Below the pieces are notes generated by a model. The model saw only the letters and a list, made by a program, of their open reading frames with translations. It made no database searches and was not told the origin of the DNA. The translations under genes were made by a program, and so were the position numbers. A DNA stretch of 64,000 nt from positions 2,133 through 66,132 of the forward strand of contig JAGVJQ010000006.1 in assembly GCA_020051015.1 (NCBI GenBank), in the 5' to 3' direction. The stretch is from Gammaproteobacteria bacterium. GTDB taxonomy: Bacteria > Pseudomonadota > Gammaproteobacteria > UBA1113. Of this stretch, positions 19,230-28,947 are shown piece after piece. Position 1 is the stretch's first letter, and every line of letters starts with the position of its first letter.

Positions 19230-20507
19230 ATGTCTAACTCTACCAAAAAGCAACTTATGTTTAAACCATTATCGTTATTTATTGGCTTACGCTATACCCG
19301 CGCAAAACGGCGCAATCACTTTATTTCATTTATCTCAATGTCTTCCATGTTTGGAATTGCCTTGGGTGTGATGGTATTGATCACTGTTTTATCAGTGATG
19401 AATGGCTTCGATGACCAAATTAAAAACCGTGTATTTAGTATGGCTCCGCAGCTCACTATTAGTACATTAAGTGGGGCATTGTCGGATTGGCGTGCTTTAG
19501 ATAAGCAAGTTGCCGATTTTCCTGGGGTAAACAAAACGGCACCGTATGTGTATGGGCAAGGGATGTTGACCAGTTTTGGACAGGTACATCCGGCGATAAT
19601 TTTTGGGGTTGATCCTGCTCGCGAAGGCCAAATTTCGGATATCAATAAAATTATGTCAATTGGTGCTATGGATGCGCTAAAACCAGGGGACTTTGGTATT
19701 GTGCTGGGGCAGGCATTAGCGGCTAACTTAAGCGCTGATGTTGGGGATAAAGTGACCTTAATTACGCCTGAGGTGGCGACTACTCCCATGGGGATTATTC
19801 CGCGGTACAAACGGTTTACAGTAGTGGGTATTTTTAACCCTGGCAGTGGTTTTGGTTATGATACAACACTGGCTTATATTAACCTCAAAGATGCTCAAGC
19901 GTTGTTTAAAATGGGTCAGCAAGTTAGTGGGTTGCGACTTAAGTTAAATGATTTATATCAAGCTCAAATGATACAAAATAAACTGACTAAAATTCTACCA
20001 CCTGACACGGTGATGATGAACTGGACAGAACAATATGGGCAATTTTTCTCTGCTATTCAACTTGAAAAGACCATGATGTTTTTAATTTTATTACTGATTA
20101 TCGCTGTAGCTGTATTTAATTTAGTCTCAAGTCTAGTGATGGTGATTAATGACAAGCAAGCTGATATTGCTATTTTGCGTACCTTAGGGGCGACACCCAA
20201 GGTGGTGATGAGTATATTTATTATTCAAGGCTCGGTTATTGGTTTTGTGGGTGTGATATTAGGATTGATTTCGGGCATTATTTTATCGTTACATGTGACT
20301 GAAATTGTGCAATGGATACAAGAAGTGTTTCATGTGCAGTTTTTATCTGCGAGTGTAAATTATGTCGATTATTTACCTTCTAAAATTCAAGCCAGCGATG
20401 TGATTAAAGTATGTGTCATGGCATTTGCTATGAGTTTAGTGGCAACGTTATATCCTGCTTGGCGGGCGTCGAGGGTGGAGCCAGTGGAGGCATTGCGTTA
20501 TGAATGA
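19230..20507 (+). CDS. lolC: Lipoprotein-releasing system permease, LolC/E family (only one permease gene present)
   Basis: FKPLSLFIGLRYTRAKRRNHFISFISMSSMFGIALGV... N-terminus, FtsX-type C-terminal TM bundle, followed by lolD. ATG 19230 is preferred over track start 19188. Confidence 0.88.
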   Translation: MSNSTKKQLMFKPLSLFIGLRYTRAKRRNHFISFISMSSMFGIALGVMVLITVLSVMNGFDDQIKNRVFSMAPQLTISTLSGALSDWRALDKQVADFPGVNKTAPYVYGQGMLTSFGQVHPAIIFGVDPAREGQISDINKIMSIGAMDALKPGDFGIVLGQALAANLSADVGDKVTLITPEVATTPMGIIPRYKRFTVVGIFNPGSGFGYDTTLAYINLKDAQALFKMGQQVSGLRLKLNDLYQAQMIQNKLTKILPPDTVMMNWTEQYGQFFSAIQLEKTMMFLILLLIIAVAVFNLVSSLVMVINDKQADIAILRTLGATPKVVMSIFIIQGSVIGFVGVILGLISGIILSLHVTEIVQWIQEVFHVQFLSASVNYVDYLPSKIQASDVIKVCVMAFAMSLVATLYPAWRASRVEPVEALRYE

Positions 20508-21183
20508 TATGGTATTATCCACAACTGGGTTATCTAAAAGTTACCATGATGGTAAGCTCATGGTGGATGTATTAATGGGTGTTGATTTCCAGCTTAAACG
20601 CGGTGAACAGGTTGCGATTGTTGGGGCATCAGGCTCAGGTAAAAGTACATTATTACATTTATTAGGTGGTTTGGATAAACCCACCCAAGGGGATGTGTTA
20701 GTTGCTGGACAAGTGATTAATAAATTATCAGAGAAAAAGCGTTGTGAATTGCGTAATACCGCATTAGGTTTTGTTTATCAATTGCACCATTTATTACCAG
20801 AATTTACAGTGTTAGAAAATGTTTGCATGCCGTTATTGTTGCGCAAAATCAATGTGGCCGATGCAGAGATGCAAGCAAAAGACGTATTAGAAAAAGTCGG
20901 GTTATCCCATCGTTTAGAGCACAAAGTAGGGGAGTTGTCGGGTGGTGAACGGCAACGTACAGCGATTGCCCGGGCCTTGGTAGCAAAACCTTTATGTGTG
21001 TTAGCCGATGAGCCAACCGGAAATCTTGATCATAAAACAGCTGAACATGTCTATGAAACGATGTTGCAGTTAAATCGTGAATTAGGTACTAGTTTTGTCA
21101 TTGTGACGCATGATTTAACCTTGGCTGCGCGCATGGATAAAATTTATGAATTAGTCGAAGGGAAATTACAGTTAAAACAATGA
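20500..21183 (+). CDS. lolD: Lipoprotein-releasing system ATP-binding protein
   Basis: 227 aa. Walker A GASGSGKST, ABC signature LSGGERQR, Walker B LADEPTGNLD. Overlaps the lolC end. Confidence 0.93.
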   Translation: MNDMVLSTTGLSKSYHDGKLMVDVLMGVDFQLKRGEQVAIVGASGSGKSTLLHLLGGLDKPTQGDVLVAGQVINKLSEKKRCELRNTALGFVYQLHHLLPEFTVLENVCMPLLLRKINVADAEMQAKDVLEKVGLSHRLEHKVGELSGGERQRTAIARALVAKPLCVLADEPTGNLDHKTAEHVYETMLQLNRELGTSFVIVTHDLTLAARMDKIYELVEGKLQLKQ

Positions 21184-21214
21184 TCTTTCGTAGGGGTGTA
21201 TGGCATACGCCCAT
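21183..21214. repeat. Solo family B REP (GTAGGGGTGTATGGCATACGCCCAT)
   Basis: Degenerate single end of the family B element directly after the lolD stop, preceded by GATC. Confidence 0.75.
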
Positions 21215-21241
21215 CTTGCAAAATCTGTCTAAAACATTTCA

Positions 21242-21343
21242 CCCCACCAGTGATGTATGATGGCATGGTGGTGGGCACACATCGCTTAATTGTCATGCTA
21301 ATTTGTTCTCTTTGTACGTGATGCGATGTTTAGCCCACCCTAC
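21242..21343. repeat. Family A REP unit
   Basis: Segment 21269-21343 (GGTGGGCACACATCGC...GCGATGTTTAGCCCACCCTAC) is near identical to 812-885. The upstream ACCCCACCAGTGATGTATGATGG resembles 781-811. Confidence 0.85.
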
Positions 21344-21460
21344 ATAAAATGAAGTTTTTTGGCTCCTCACCCCACCAGTCAATTTTTTCTCACATTGTAT
21401 GATTGCTTTAAGTAAGCTATGATGATCCACTGCCAACACCTAGTAAAAGGATGATCTGCA

Positions 21461-23944
21461 ATGGGAATTATTTTTGAACTGATTCTATTATTTGCTGTGA
21501 TTGGAGCAACCGCTTATTATCGAGTAAGCGCGATAGTGTGGGCGCCAATTATTGCAGTAACCTTATTTTTCTTAACGACGTTTGCTGGACTACCAATGTG
21601 GCTATCCATTCCTGCATGGGTAATCTTGGCAGTAGCAGCGGCGACTTTCTTATCGTCGGGTTTCCGCGAAAAACTTTTCATGCGCAAAACGTTTGCGCTA
21701 TTCAAAAAATTACTTCCACCAATTAGCCAAACAGAGCAAGAAGCACTTGATGCCGGTGATGTATGGTGGGAAGGTGATTTATTCCGCGGCACGCCAGATT
21801 GGGATAAATTAATGGCGATGCCAAAACCAACGCTGCGTCCTGATGAACAAGCTTTTATTGACCATCAAGTTGCAACTTTATGTCGCATGTTAGATGACTG
21901 GAAAATTGTGCAAGAAGATCGCGACTTGCCAGAAGCAGTATGGGAATACATCCGTAAAGAAGGCTTCTTCGGTATGGCTGTCGATAAGCAATATGGTGGT
22001 TTAGGCTTTTCAGCATTGGCACATTCTACCGTTGTATCGCGTATTGCTACACGCAGTTTAAGTGCCGCAGTGAATGTCATGGTACCCAATTCATTGGGAC
22101 CAGCAGAATTAATTTATCATTATGGTACTGACGAACAAAAAAATTATTACTTACCTCGTTTAGCCAAAGGCGTTGATGTGCCTTGTTTTGGATTAACTGC
22201 CGCTGAAGCGGGTAGTGATGCCGGGGCAATTCCTGATACTGGTGTAATTTGTCGTGGTATGCACGAGGGTAAAGAAGTTCTTGGTATGCGTTTAAATTTT
22301 GATAAGCGTTATATCACGTTAGCGCCAATGGCAACCATTATTGGCGTAGCCTTTAAATTATATGATCCCGATCATTTGTTAGGCGATAAAACTGAATTAG
22401 GAATTACTCTTGGCTTAGTTCCAGCTTCCCATCCTAATGTAACAGCAGATACGCGTCATTTCCCCATGAATATGGCTTTCTTGAATGGTCCCGTACGTGG
22501 TAAAGATGTATTTGTACCATTAGATAATATTATTGGTGGTCCGAAAATGGCGGGTCATGGTTGGCGTATGCTGATGGAGTGCTTATCCATTGGTCGCTCA
22601 ATTTCATTGCCTGCTTTAAGTAATGCTGTGGGTACGGTTTGTTATCGTATGACAGGTGCTTATGCACGAATCCGTAAACAATTTAAATTGCCAATTGCGC
22701 ACTTTGAAGGTGTAGAAGAAGCATTAGCACGCATAGCGGGCAATACTTATCAATTAGAAGCAGCACGTTTATTTACGGCTGGTGCAGTTGATCAAAAAAT
22801 TAAACCAGCGGTTGCTTCTGCTATTGCCAAATACAATATGACTGAAATGAGTCGTCAGGTGATGAACGATGCATTTGATGTTCATGCCGGTCGTGCAATT
22901 CAAATGGGGCCGCGCAATTATCTTGGCCATGGGCATTATGCAACTCCAGTCAGTATTACGGTGGAAGGTGCTAATATTTTAACGCGTAACTTGATTATTT
23001 TTGGTCAAGGTGCAATGCGTTGCCATCCTTATATTCGTCAAGAAATTGCAGCAATTAATCTAGCAGATCAAAAACAAGCATATGCTGAATTTGATAAATT
23101 ATTATGTTCACATTTAGGTTATACCGCATCTAATGCCGCACGCACATTTGTTTATGGATTAACAAATGGTCGCTTCATCAAAGTGCCAGCACAAGGTAAA
23201 TTAGCTTGGTATTATCGCCAGTTATCGCGTATGAGTACAGCATTAGCCTTAGTGGCTGATATCGCGATGATGATTTTAGGTGGTGATTTAAAGCGTAAAG
23301 AGCGATTGTCAGCACGGTTAGGTGATGTATTAAGTAATTTATATTTAGGTTCAGCAGTATTGAAATATTTCCATGATGAAGGGCAAAAACCAGAAGATTT
23401 GCCTTATGTAGAATGGTGTATTCAAACTAATTTGAATAATATTCAAAATGCATTTACTGAATTTTTTGAAAACTTCCCCAATCGTTTCTTGGCTAAATTA
23501 CTTAGTTTTTGGGTATTTCCTATCGATCATACCTACAAACATCGACCAAGCGATAAATTAGATCACAAAATCGTTGAACCTATGTTAACCGATTCAGGCA
23601 TAAGACAACGATTAGGTGCAGGTTGCGCAATGGTAGTGGAACCGACTGATCCGATGGGTCGCATGGAAATTGCATTTCAACGTGTGTTGCAAACGCAAGA
23701 TCTAGAACGTCGTTTACAGCAAGCCTTGCGTGACGGTAAATTAGCAAAACAGCCAACTCGCCAAGCATTGCTTGATGCGGCTTTTGCAGAAAATATTCTA
23801 TCAAGTGTAGATATTAGGCAATTGCATGAAGCAGATGCAGCCGTTGCAGATGCTATTGCAGTAGATGAATTTCGTCATGAACAACTGACAGGAAAAACAC
23901 CATCATGGTTGAAGAAAGCACAAAAAGTCGCCGAAATGGCGTAG
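21461..23944 (+). CDS. fadE: Large acyl-CoA dehydrogenase, FadE type
   Basis: 827 aa. N-terminal hydrophobic segments followed by acyl-CoA dehydrogenase domains (GLTAAEAGSDAG, TVEGANILTRNLIIFGQG). Size and architecture match FadE. Confidence 0.9.
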   Translation: MGIIFELILLFAVIGATAYYRVSAIVWAPIIAVTLFFLTTFAGLPMWLSIPAWVILAVAAATFLSSGFREKLFMRKTFALFKKLLPPISQTEQEALDAGDVWWEGDLFRGTPDWDKLMAMPKPTLRPDEQAFIDHQVATLCRMLDDWKIVQEDRDLPEAVWEYIRKEGFFGMAVDKQYGGLGFSALAHSTVVSRIATRSLSAAVNVMVPNSLGPAELIYHYGTDEQKNYYLPRLAKGVDVPCFGLTAAEAGSDAGAIPDTGVICRGMHEGKEVLGMRLNFDKRYITLAPMATIIGVAFKLYDPDHLLGDKTELGITLGLVPASHPNVTADTRHFPMNMAFLNGPVRGKDVFVPLDNIIGGPKMAGHGWRMLMECLSIGRSISLPALSNAVGTVCYRMTGAYARIRKQFKLPIAHFEGVEEALARIAGNTYQLEAARLFTAGAVDQKIKPAVASAIAKYNMTEMSRQVMNDAFDVHAGRAIQMGPRNYLGHGHYATPVSITVEGANILTRNLIIFGQGAMRCHPYIRQEIAAINLADQKQAYAEFDKLLCSHLGYTASNAARTFVYGLTNGRFIKVPAQGKLAWYYRQLSRMSTALALVADIAMMILGGDLKRKERLSARLGDVLSNLYLGSAVLKYFHDEGQKPEDLPYVEWCIQTNLNNIQNAFTEFFENFPNRFLAKLLSFWVFPIDHTYKHRPSDKLDHKIVEPMLTDSGIRQRLGAGCAMVVEPTDPMGRMEIAFQRVLQTQDLERRLQQALRDGKLAKQPTRQALLDAAFAENILSSVDIRQLHEADAAVADAIAVDEFRHEQLTGKTPSWLKKAQKVAEMA

Positions 23945-25224
23945 TTTATGTTGTTGACGGGTGCCGTACGCCTTTTTTAAAAGCGCGTACTACACCAGGT
24001 CCTTTTACCGCTTCTGATTTAGCGGTTGCTACGTGTAAAACATTGTTATTAAGACAGCCGTTTAAACCTTCAGACTTAGATGAAGTGATTACCGGTTGCA
24101 TGATGCCAAGTCCAGATGAAGCAAATATTAGTCGTATTATTGCTTTGCGTTTAGGTTGTGGCAAAAAAGTTCCTGCTTGGACAGTTCAACGCAATTGCGC
24201 CTCAGGCTTACAAGCAATAGATAATGCCTATCAAGATATTGCTATGGGACGACATAATTTAGTATTAGCTGGTGGTACTGAAGCAATGAGTCATGCCCCA
24301 GTTTTACTGAATGAAGACATGACTGCCTGGTTAGGGCAATGGTTTGCAGCACGTAGTTTAACTGACCGATTAAAATTAATTCCACAAATTAAATTACGTT
24401 ATTTTAAACCAATTATTGCTTTATTACATGGCTTAAGTGATCCATTAGTTGGACTATCCATGGGGCAAACCGCAGAAAATGTCGCTTATCGTTTTGGGAT
24501 TACTCGCGAGGAAATGGATGCATTTTCAGTGCAAAGTCACCAACGTCTTGCTGCAGCAATTGATGGTGGTTTGATACCAGAAGTTGAGCCCATTTTTGAT
24601 AATACGGGTAAAGTTTATCAAGCTGATGATGGTTTACGTCGTGATTCTACGGTTGAAAAACTTGCAAAATTACAGCCATTTTTCGATAAAAAATTTGGTA
24701 TGGTAACAGCGGCAAATAGCTCACAGGTAACTGATGGCGCTGCTTATGTGATTCTTGCAAGTGAAGAAGCCGTAAAACGTTTTAACTTGCCTGTCATGGC
24801 AAAAATTGTTGATGTGGAATGGGCTGCTCTTGAACCAGAACAAATGGGATTAGGTCCAGCACATGCTATTCCACCTATTTTACAACGTCAAAAATTAAGC
24901 TTAAACGATATAGACTGTATGGAAATTAACGAAGCATTTGCTGCGCAAGTGTTAGGTTGCATTAAAGCGTGGGAAGACGCGGATTATTGCAAAGAACAAT
25001 TAGGATTAAGTAAACCATTAGGTAAATTATCGGAAGATAAATTAAACATTGATGGTGGTGCAATTGCTATGGGTCATCCGATTGGCGCAAGTGGTGCACG
25101 TGTGTTATTGCATACGATTGAAGTATTAAAACGCAAGAATGCAAAATATGGTATTGCGTCACTATGTATTGGTGGCGGACAAGGTGGTGCTATGTTAGTT
25201 GAACGTGTGACGGGGGTTGAATAA
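23905..25224 (+). CDS. fadI: Acetyl-CoA C-acyltransferase (thiolase), FadI-like
   Basis: 439 aa. Thiolase active-site blocks (VQRNCASGLQAI, NIDGGAIAMGHPIGASGAR, LCIGGGQGGAM). The thiolase-first gene order resembles fadIJ. The ATG at 23905 overlaps the fadE end by 40 nt, so the exact start is uncertain. Confidence 0.88.
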   Translation: MVEESTKSRRNGVVYVVDGCRTPFLKARTTPGPFTASDLAVATCKTLLLRQPFKPSDLDEVITGCMMPSPDEANISRIIALRLGCGKKVPAWTVQRNCASGLQAIDNAYQDIAMGRHNLVLAGGTEAMSHAPVLLNEDMTAWLGQWFAARSLTDRLKLIPQIKLRYFKPIIALLHGLSDPLVGLSMGQTAENVAYRFGITREEMDAFSVQSHQRLAAAIDGGLIPEVEPIFDNTGKVYQADDGLRRDSTVEKLAKLQPFFDKKFGMVTAANSSQVTDGAAYVILASEEAVKRFNLPVMAKIVDVEWAALEPEQMGLGPAHAIPPILQRQKLSLNDIDCMEINEAFAAQVLGCIKAWEDADYCKEQLGLSKPLGKLSEDKLNIDGGAIAMGHPIGASGARVLLHTIEVLKRKNAKYGIASLCIGGGQGGAMLVERVTGVE

Positions 25225-27314
25225 TGGAACAGCAAAACTATAAAAACTGGCACTTGACCACAGATGAAAAAAATATTTTATGGGTAACGTTTGATCGTGC
25301 TGATTCATCAGTTAATTCACTTAATCGTGAGGTTCTTGAAGAGTTCGAGCATATTTTAAATGATATTCAGCAAGGCAAATTAAAGCCTGCTGCCATGATC
25401 ATTAAATCAGGTAAAACCAATGGTTTTATTGCAGGTGCAGATATTCAGCAATTTACAAAAATTACAGATGTCAATGAAGCATTTGATTTAGTGCGTAAGG
25501 GACAATTGGTATTTGATAAATTAGCCAATTTGCCAATCACGACGGTTTCTATGATTGAAGGTTTTTGTATGGGTGGCGGTACAGAAATGTCGCTAGCTTG
25601 TAAATATCGTGTTGCAGAAGATGGTAATAAAACGCGTATTGGACTGCCTGAAATATTACTGGGTATTCATCCGGGTTGGGGTGGAACTGTTCGATTAGTA
25701 CAACTCATTGGCCCAGCAAAGGCCATGGATATTATGTTGACGGGTCGTGCTTTACCGGCAAGAACAGCGGCTAAGTTAGGCGTCATTGATGCGGCAGTAC
25801 CGAAGCGTCAATTAGAACGTGCTGCACGTTATTATGCACTTGAAAAACCAGCACGCAAACCATTGCATTGGATGAGTAAAGTAAGCAATTTACCTTTTAT
25901 GCGTCCAGTGTTAGGTTATATGTTGCGCCGTGTTGTTGAAACACGCGAAACACCACGTAATCCATTACAACAATTAAATATCTTATTTAATCGCAACCTC
26001 GAAATTAAGACCACGCCAGAACAATATCCAGCGCCATTTGCCATGATTAACTTATGGGTTGAAGATGGTGCTAATGGTGAAAAAGCTTATATTAACGAAG
26101 CTAAATCAGTTGGTAAATTATTATTGACTAATACATCACGAAATTTAGTACGTGTTTTTAATTTGCAAGATCGATTAAAAAGCATGGCTAAAAATGTTGA
26201 TTTTAAACCACAGCATGTCCATGTCATCGGCGCAGGTACCATGGGTGGTGATATTGCGGCTTGGTGTGCAGTACGTGGCTTGACAGTAACATTGCAAGAT
26301 CGCGAGCCAAAATTTTTAACTGGTGCGATAAAACGTGCTAATAAATTGTTTAAAGATCGATTTAAATTACCTCGTGAAGCACAAGCAGCAATGGATCGAT
26401 TAATTCCTGATGTGGATGGCATGGGTATTGCCAAAGCAGATGTCATCATCGAAGCCATTTATGAAAATCTGGAAGCAAAACAAGCCTTGTTTGCTGATTT
26501 GGAAAAACGTGCTAAACCAACAGCGATTTTAGCAACGAATACGTCAAGTATTCCACTTGATGAAATTAGCACGGCGTTGAAAGATCCAAGCCGTTTAGTT
26601 GGTATTCATTTCTTTAATCCAGTTGCCAAAATGCAATTAGTGGAAGTTGTACAAAGCGATAAAACGAATAAAGCGGTGGTTGATAAAGCCATGGCATTTG
26701 TTCGTAAGATTGATCGCTTGCCATTGCCAGTGAAGAGCAGCCCAGGTTTCTTGGTCAATCGCATCTTAATGCCTTATTTAAACGAAGCCATGATCATGTT
26801 AGATGAGGGTATTTCTCCAACGGCTATTGATCGTGCTGCAGTTGAGTTTGGTATGCCAATGGGTCCTATTGAATTAGCTGATACAGTTGGTTTGGATGTA
26901 TGTTTATCCGTTGCTAAAAACTTATCAGGCCACTTTGGCGGTAAAATTCCATTGCGTCTGCAACAATTAGTTGAAGCCGGCAAATTAGGTCGTAAAACCG
27001 ATGCTGGTTTTTATACCTATAAAAATGGTCGACCAATAAAACCAGCCATGCCAAAAACTGGCGTGAATACATCTGCATTAGCTGATCGTATGATTGGTAA
27101 AATGTTGGATGAAGCACAAAAATGCCTGAAAGAAGGTGTGGTAGCTGATGCTGATTTGCTTGATGTTGGGATGATATTTGGTACTGGCTTCGCACCATTT
27201 CGTGGTGGTCCCATGCAATATCTTAAAACACAACAAGCACAAATGCCATTAGTGGTAGAGACAGCACCATGTTGTGATACCCATGAGGACAAAGTAAAAG
27301 ATACCGTAGCGTAG
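25224..27314 (+). CDS. fadJ: Bifunctional enoyl-CoA hydratase / 3-hydroxyacyl-CoA dehydrogenase, FadJ-like
   Basis: 696 aa. Crotonase-fold N-terminus (FIAGADI..., GGGTEMSLAC) and NAD-binding GAGTMGGDIA followed by the HFFNPV block. Confidence 0.9.
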   Translation: MEQQNYKNWHLTTDEKNILWVTFDRADSSVNSLNREVLEEFEHILNDIQQGKLKPAAMIIKSGKTNGFIAGADIQQFTKITDVNEAFDLVRKGQLVFDKLANLPITTVSMIEGFCMGGGTEMSLACKYRVAEDGNKTRIGLPEILLGIHPGWGGTVRLVQLIGPAKAMDIMLTGRALPARTAAKLGVIDAAVPKRQLERAARYYALEKPARKPLHWMSKVSNLPFMRPVLGYMLRRVVETRETPRNPLQQLNILFNRNLEIKTTPEQYPAPFAMINLWVEDGANGEKAYINEAKSVGKLLLTNTSRNLVRVFNLQDRLKSMAKNVDFKPQHVHVIGAGTMGGDIAAWCAVRGLTVTLQDREPKFLTGAIKRANKLFKDRFKLPREAQAAMDRLIPDVDGMGIAKADVIIEAIYENLEAKQALFADLEKRAKPTAILATNTSSIPLDEISTALKDPSRLVGIHFFNPVAKMQLVEVVQSDKTNKAVVDKAMAFVRKIDRLPLPVKSSPGFLVNRILMPYLNEAMIMLDEGISPTAIDRAAVEFGMPMGPIELADTVGLDVCLSVAKNLSGHFGGKIPLRLQQLVEAGKLGRKTDAGFYTYKNGRPIKPAMPKTGVNTSALADRMIGKMLDEAQKCLKEGVVADADLLDVGMIFGTGFAPFRGGPMQYLKTQQAQMPLVVETAPCCDTHEDKVKDTVA

Positions 27315-27323
27315 CATTTAAAC

Positions 27324-27429
27324 GTAGCCCGTATTAAAGCGGTTAAAAATCGATGATGTATGTTATTAACGAATCTAGCAGAGTGTTAAGTATATCCATC
27401 ATCATTAAACAAAGCGTAATACGGGATCG
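27324..27429. repeat. Family D REP doublet (GTAGCCCGTATTA ... TAATACGGGATCG)
   Basis: Inverted arms CCCGTATTA/TAATACGGG separated by ~85 nt. One end is headed GTAG, the other GATC. Related copies are at 43061-43274. Confidence 0.8.
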
Positions 27430-27474
27430 TAATCGAGTAAAAGTGCAGACTGGATTGATAAGGGAGTTTTATTC

Positions 27475-28917
27475 ATGCAAACGGATTTTACGCAGGTTTT
27501 TGTTGCAGGTGATAGTAAACCCGCTGGCATGATAGAAATTAAAGCTCCTTATGATGGTAAAGTGCTAGCAAAAGTGGCTACCGCTGGACAAACTCATATC
27601 GAACAAGCTCTCACAACCGCTTATCAATTATTCCGTAATAAAAAAGCATGGATACCGCTACCTGAACGAATTGTTATTTTAGAGAAATTACAAAATTTCC
27701 TGCTATTGCACCAAGAAGAGTTAGCGGTAGGCGCCGCCGCTGAAGGTGGTAAACCATTAATCGATTCTCGGGTTGAAGTAGCTCGCGCGATCGATGGGGT
27801 AAAAATTTGTATTCAAACTTTACGTACTGATGCGGGACATGTGATTCCCATGCAATTTAATGCCGGCTCAGCTAATCGTATGGCATTCACGCAACATGAA
27901 CCTATTGGCGTCGTTGTTGCAATTAGCGCCTTTAATCACCCTGTAAATTTAATTATCCACCAAGTTGTGCCTGCCATTGCCGCTGGGTGTCCTGTGATTG
28001 TTAAGCCATCACAAGAAACGCCATTATCATGCTTACGAATTGTTAAATTAATATATGAAGCAGGATTGCCGGAAAATTGGTGCCAAGCTTTGGTTATTGC
28101 CGATAATCAATTAGCAACGAATTTAGTGACAGATAGTCGTGTTGCATTTTTATCATTTATTGGTAGTGCACGTGTAGGTTGGATGTTGCGCTCCAAATTA
28201 GCCCCAGGTACCCGTTGTGCTTTAGAACATGGCGGTGTTGCGCCGGTTATTGTTGCTGAAGATGCTGATATTGATAGTGCGGTAAACTCCATTGCCAAAG
28301 GTGGTTTTTATCATGCCGGTCAAGTCTGTGTATCGGTGCAACGAGTATTTGCTCATCAAAGCATTGCGACAAAATTTGCTGAAAAATTAGCGCAAAAAGC
28401 AAAAAATTTAGTGATTGGTGATCCTACTAAACCCGAAACTGAGGTTGGTCCGTTAATTCGCCATGGTGAAGTTGATAGAGTTGATACCTGGATTAAAGAA
28501 GCAGTACAGGGTGGTGCTAAACTGCTTTGTGGCGGCGAACGTATTTCAACGTCATGTTATGCGTGTACGGTATTATTAAACCCGTCCATTGATGCAAAGG
28601 TGAGCCAGCAAGAAGTATTTGGCCCATTAGTGTGTGTGTATTCTTATAATGATATTGATCAAGCTATTGTTCAGGCAAATGCACTACCATTCTCGTTTCA
28701 AGGTGCCGTGTTTACACACCAATTAGATACGATGTTGCATGTTTACCATCATTTGGATGCGTCAGCAGTCATGGTAAATGATCATACGGCATTTCGAGTG
28801 GATAACATGCCATTTGCTGGATTACGTGAATCAGGTCTAGGCGTGGGAGGGATTCCTTATACCTTACGCGATATGCAAGTTGAAAAAATGTTAGTGATTA
28901 ATGGGGTGAATGTGTAG
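27475..28917 (+). CDS. Aldehyde dehydrogenase family protein (substrate unknown)
   Basis: 480 aa. ALDH-fold blocks (FNHPVNL..., VIVKPSQETPLS, EHGGVAP, catalytic Cys in GQVCVSVQR). Confidence 0.85.
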   Translation: MQTDFTQVFVAGDSKPAGMIEIKAPYDGKVLAKVATAGQTHIEQALTTAYQLFRNKKAWIPLPERIVILEKLQNFLLLHQEELAVGAAAEGGKPLIDSRVEVARAIDGVKICIQTLRTDAGHVIPMQFNAGSANRMAFTQHEPIGVVVAISAFNHPVNLIIHQVVPAIAAGCPVIVKPSQETPLSCLRIVKLIYEAGLPENWCQALVIADNQLATNLVTDSRVAFLSFIGSARVGWMLRSKLAPGTRCALEHGGVAPVIVAEDADIDSAVNSIAKGGFYHAGQVCVSVQRVFAHQSIATKFAEKLAQKAKNLVIGDPTKPETEVGPLIRHGEVDRVDTWIKEAVQGGAKLLCGGERISTSCYACTVLLNPSIDAKVSQQEVFGPLVCVYSYNDIDQAIVQANALPFSFQGAVFTHQLDTMLHVYHHLDASAVMVNDHTAFRVDNMPFAGLRESGLGVGGIPYTLRDMQVEKMLVINGVNV

Positions 28918-28947
28918 ATCGGTAATAAATTTCACATGGAGGTAGAG

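Noticed and set aside
23905-23944. The 40-nt overlap between fadE and the thiolase gene as a possible programmed frameshift or fusion
   Set aside because: Both frames have normal termini, and the conserved thiolase sequence starts only after the overlap (VYVVDGCRTPF). The simplest explanation is an ordinary overlapping or slightly mis-placed start codon. No slippery sequence was noted.
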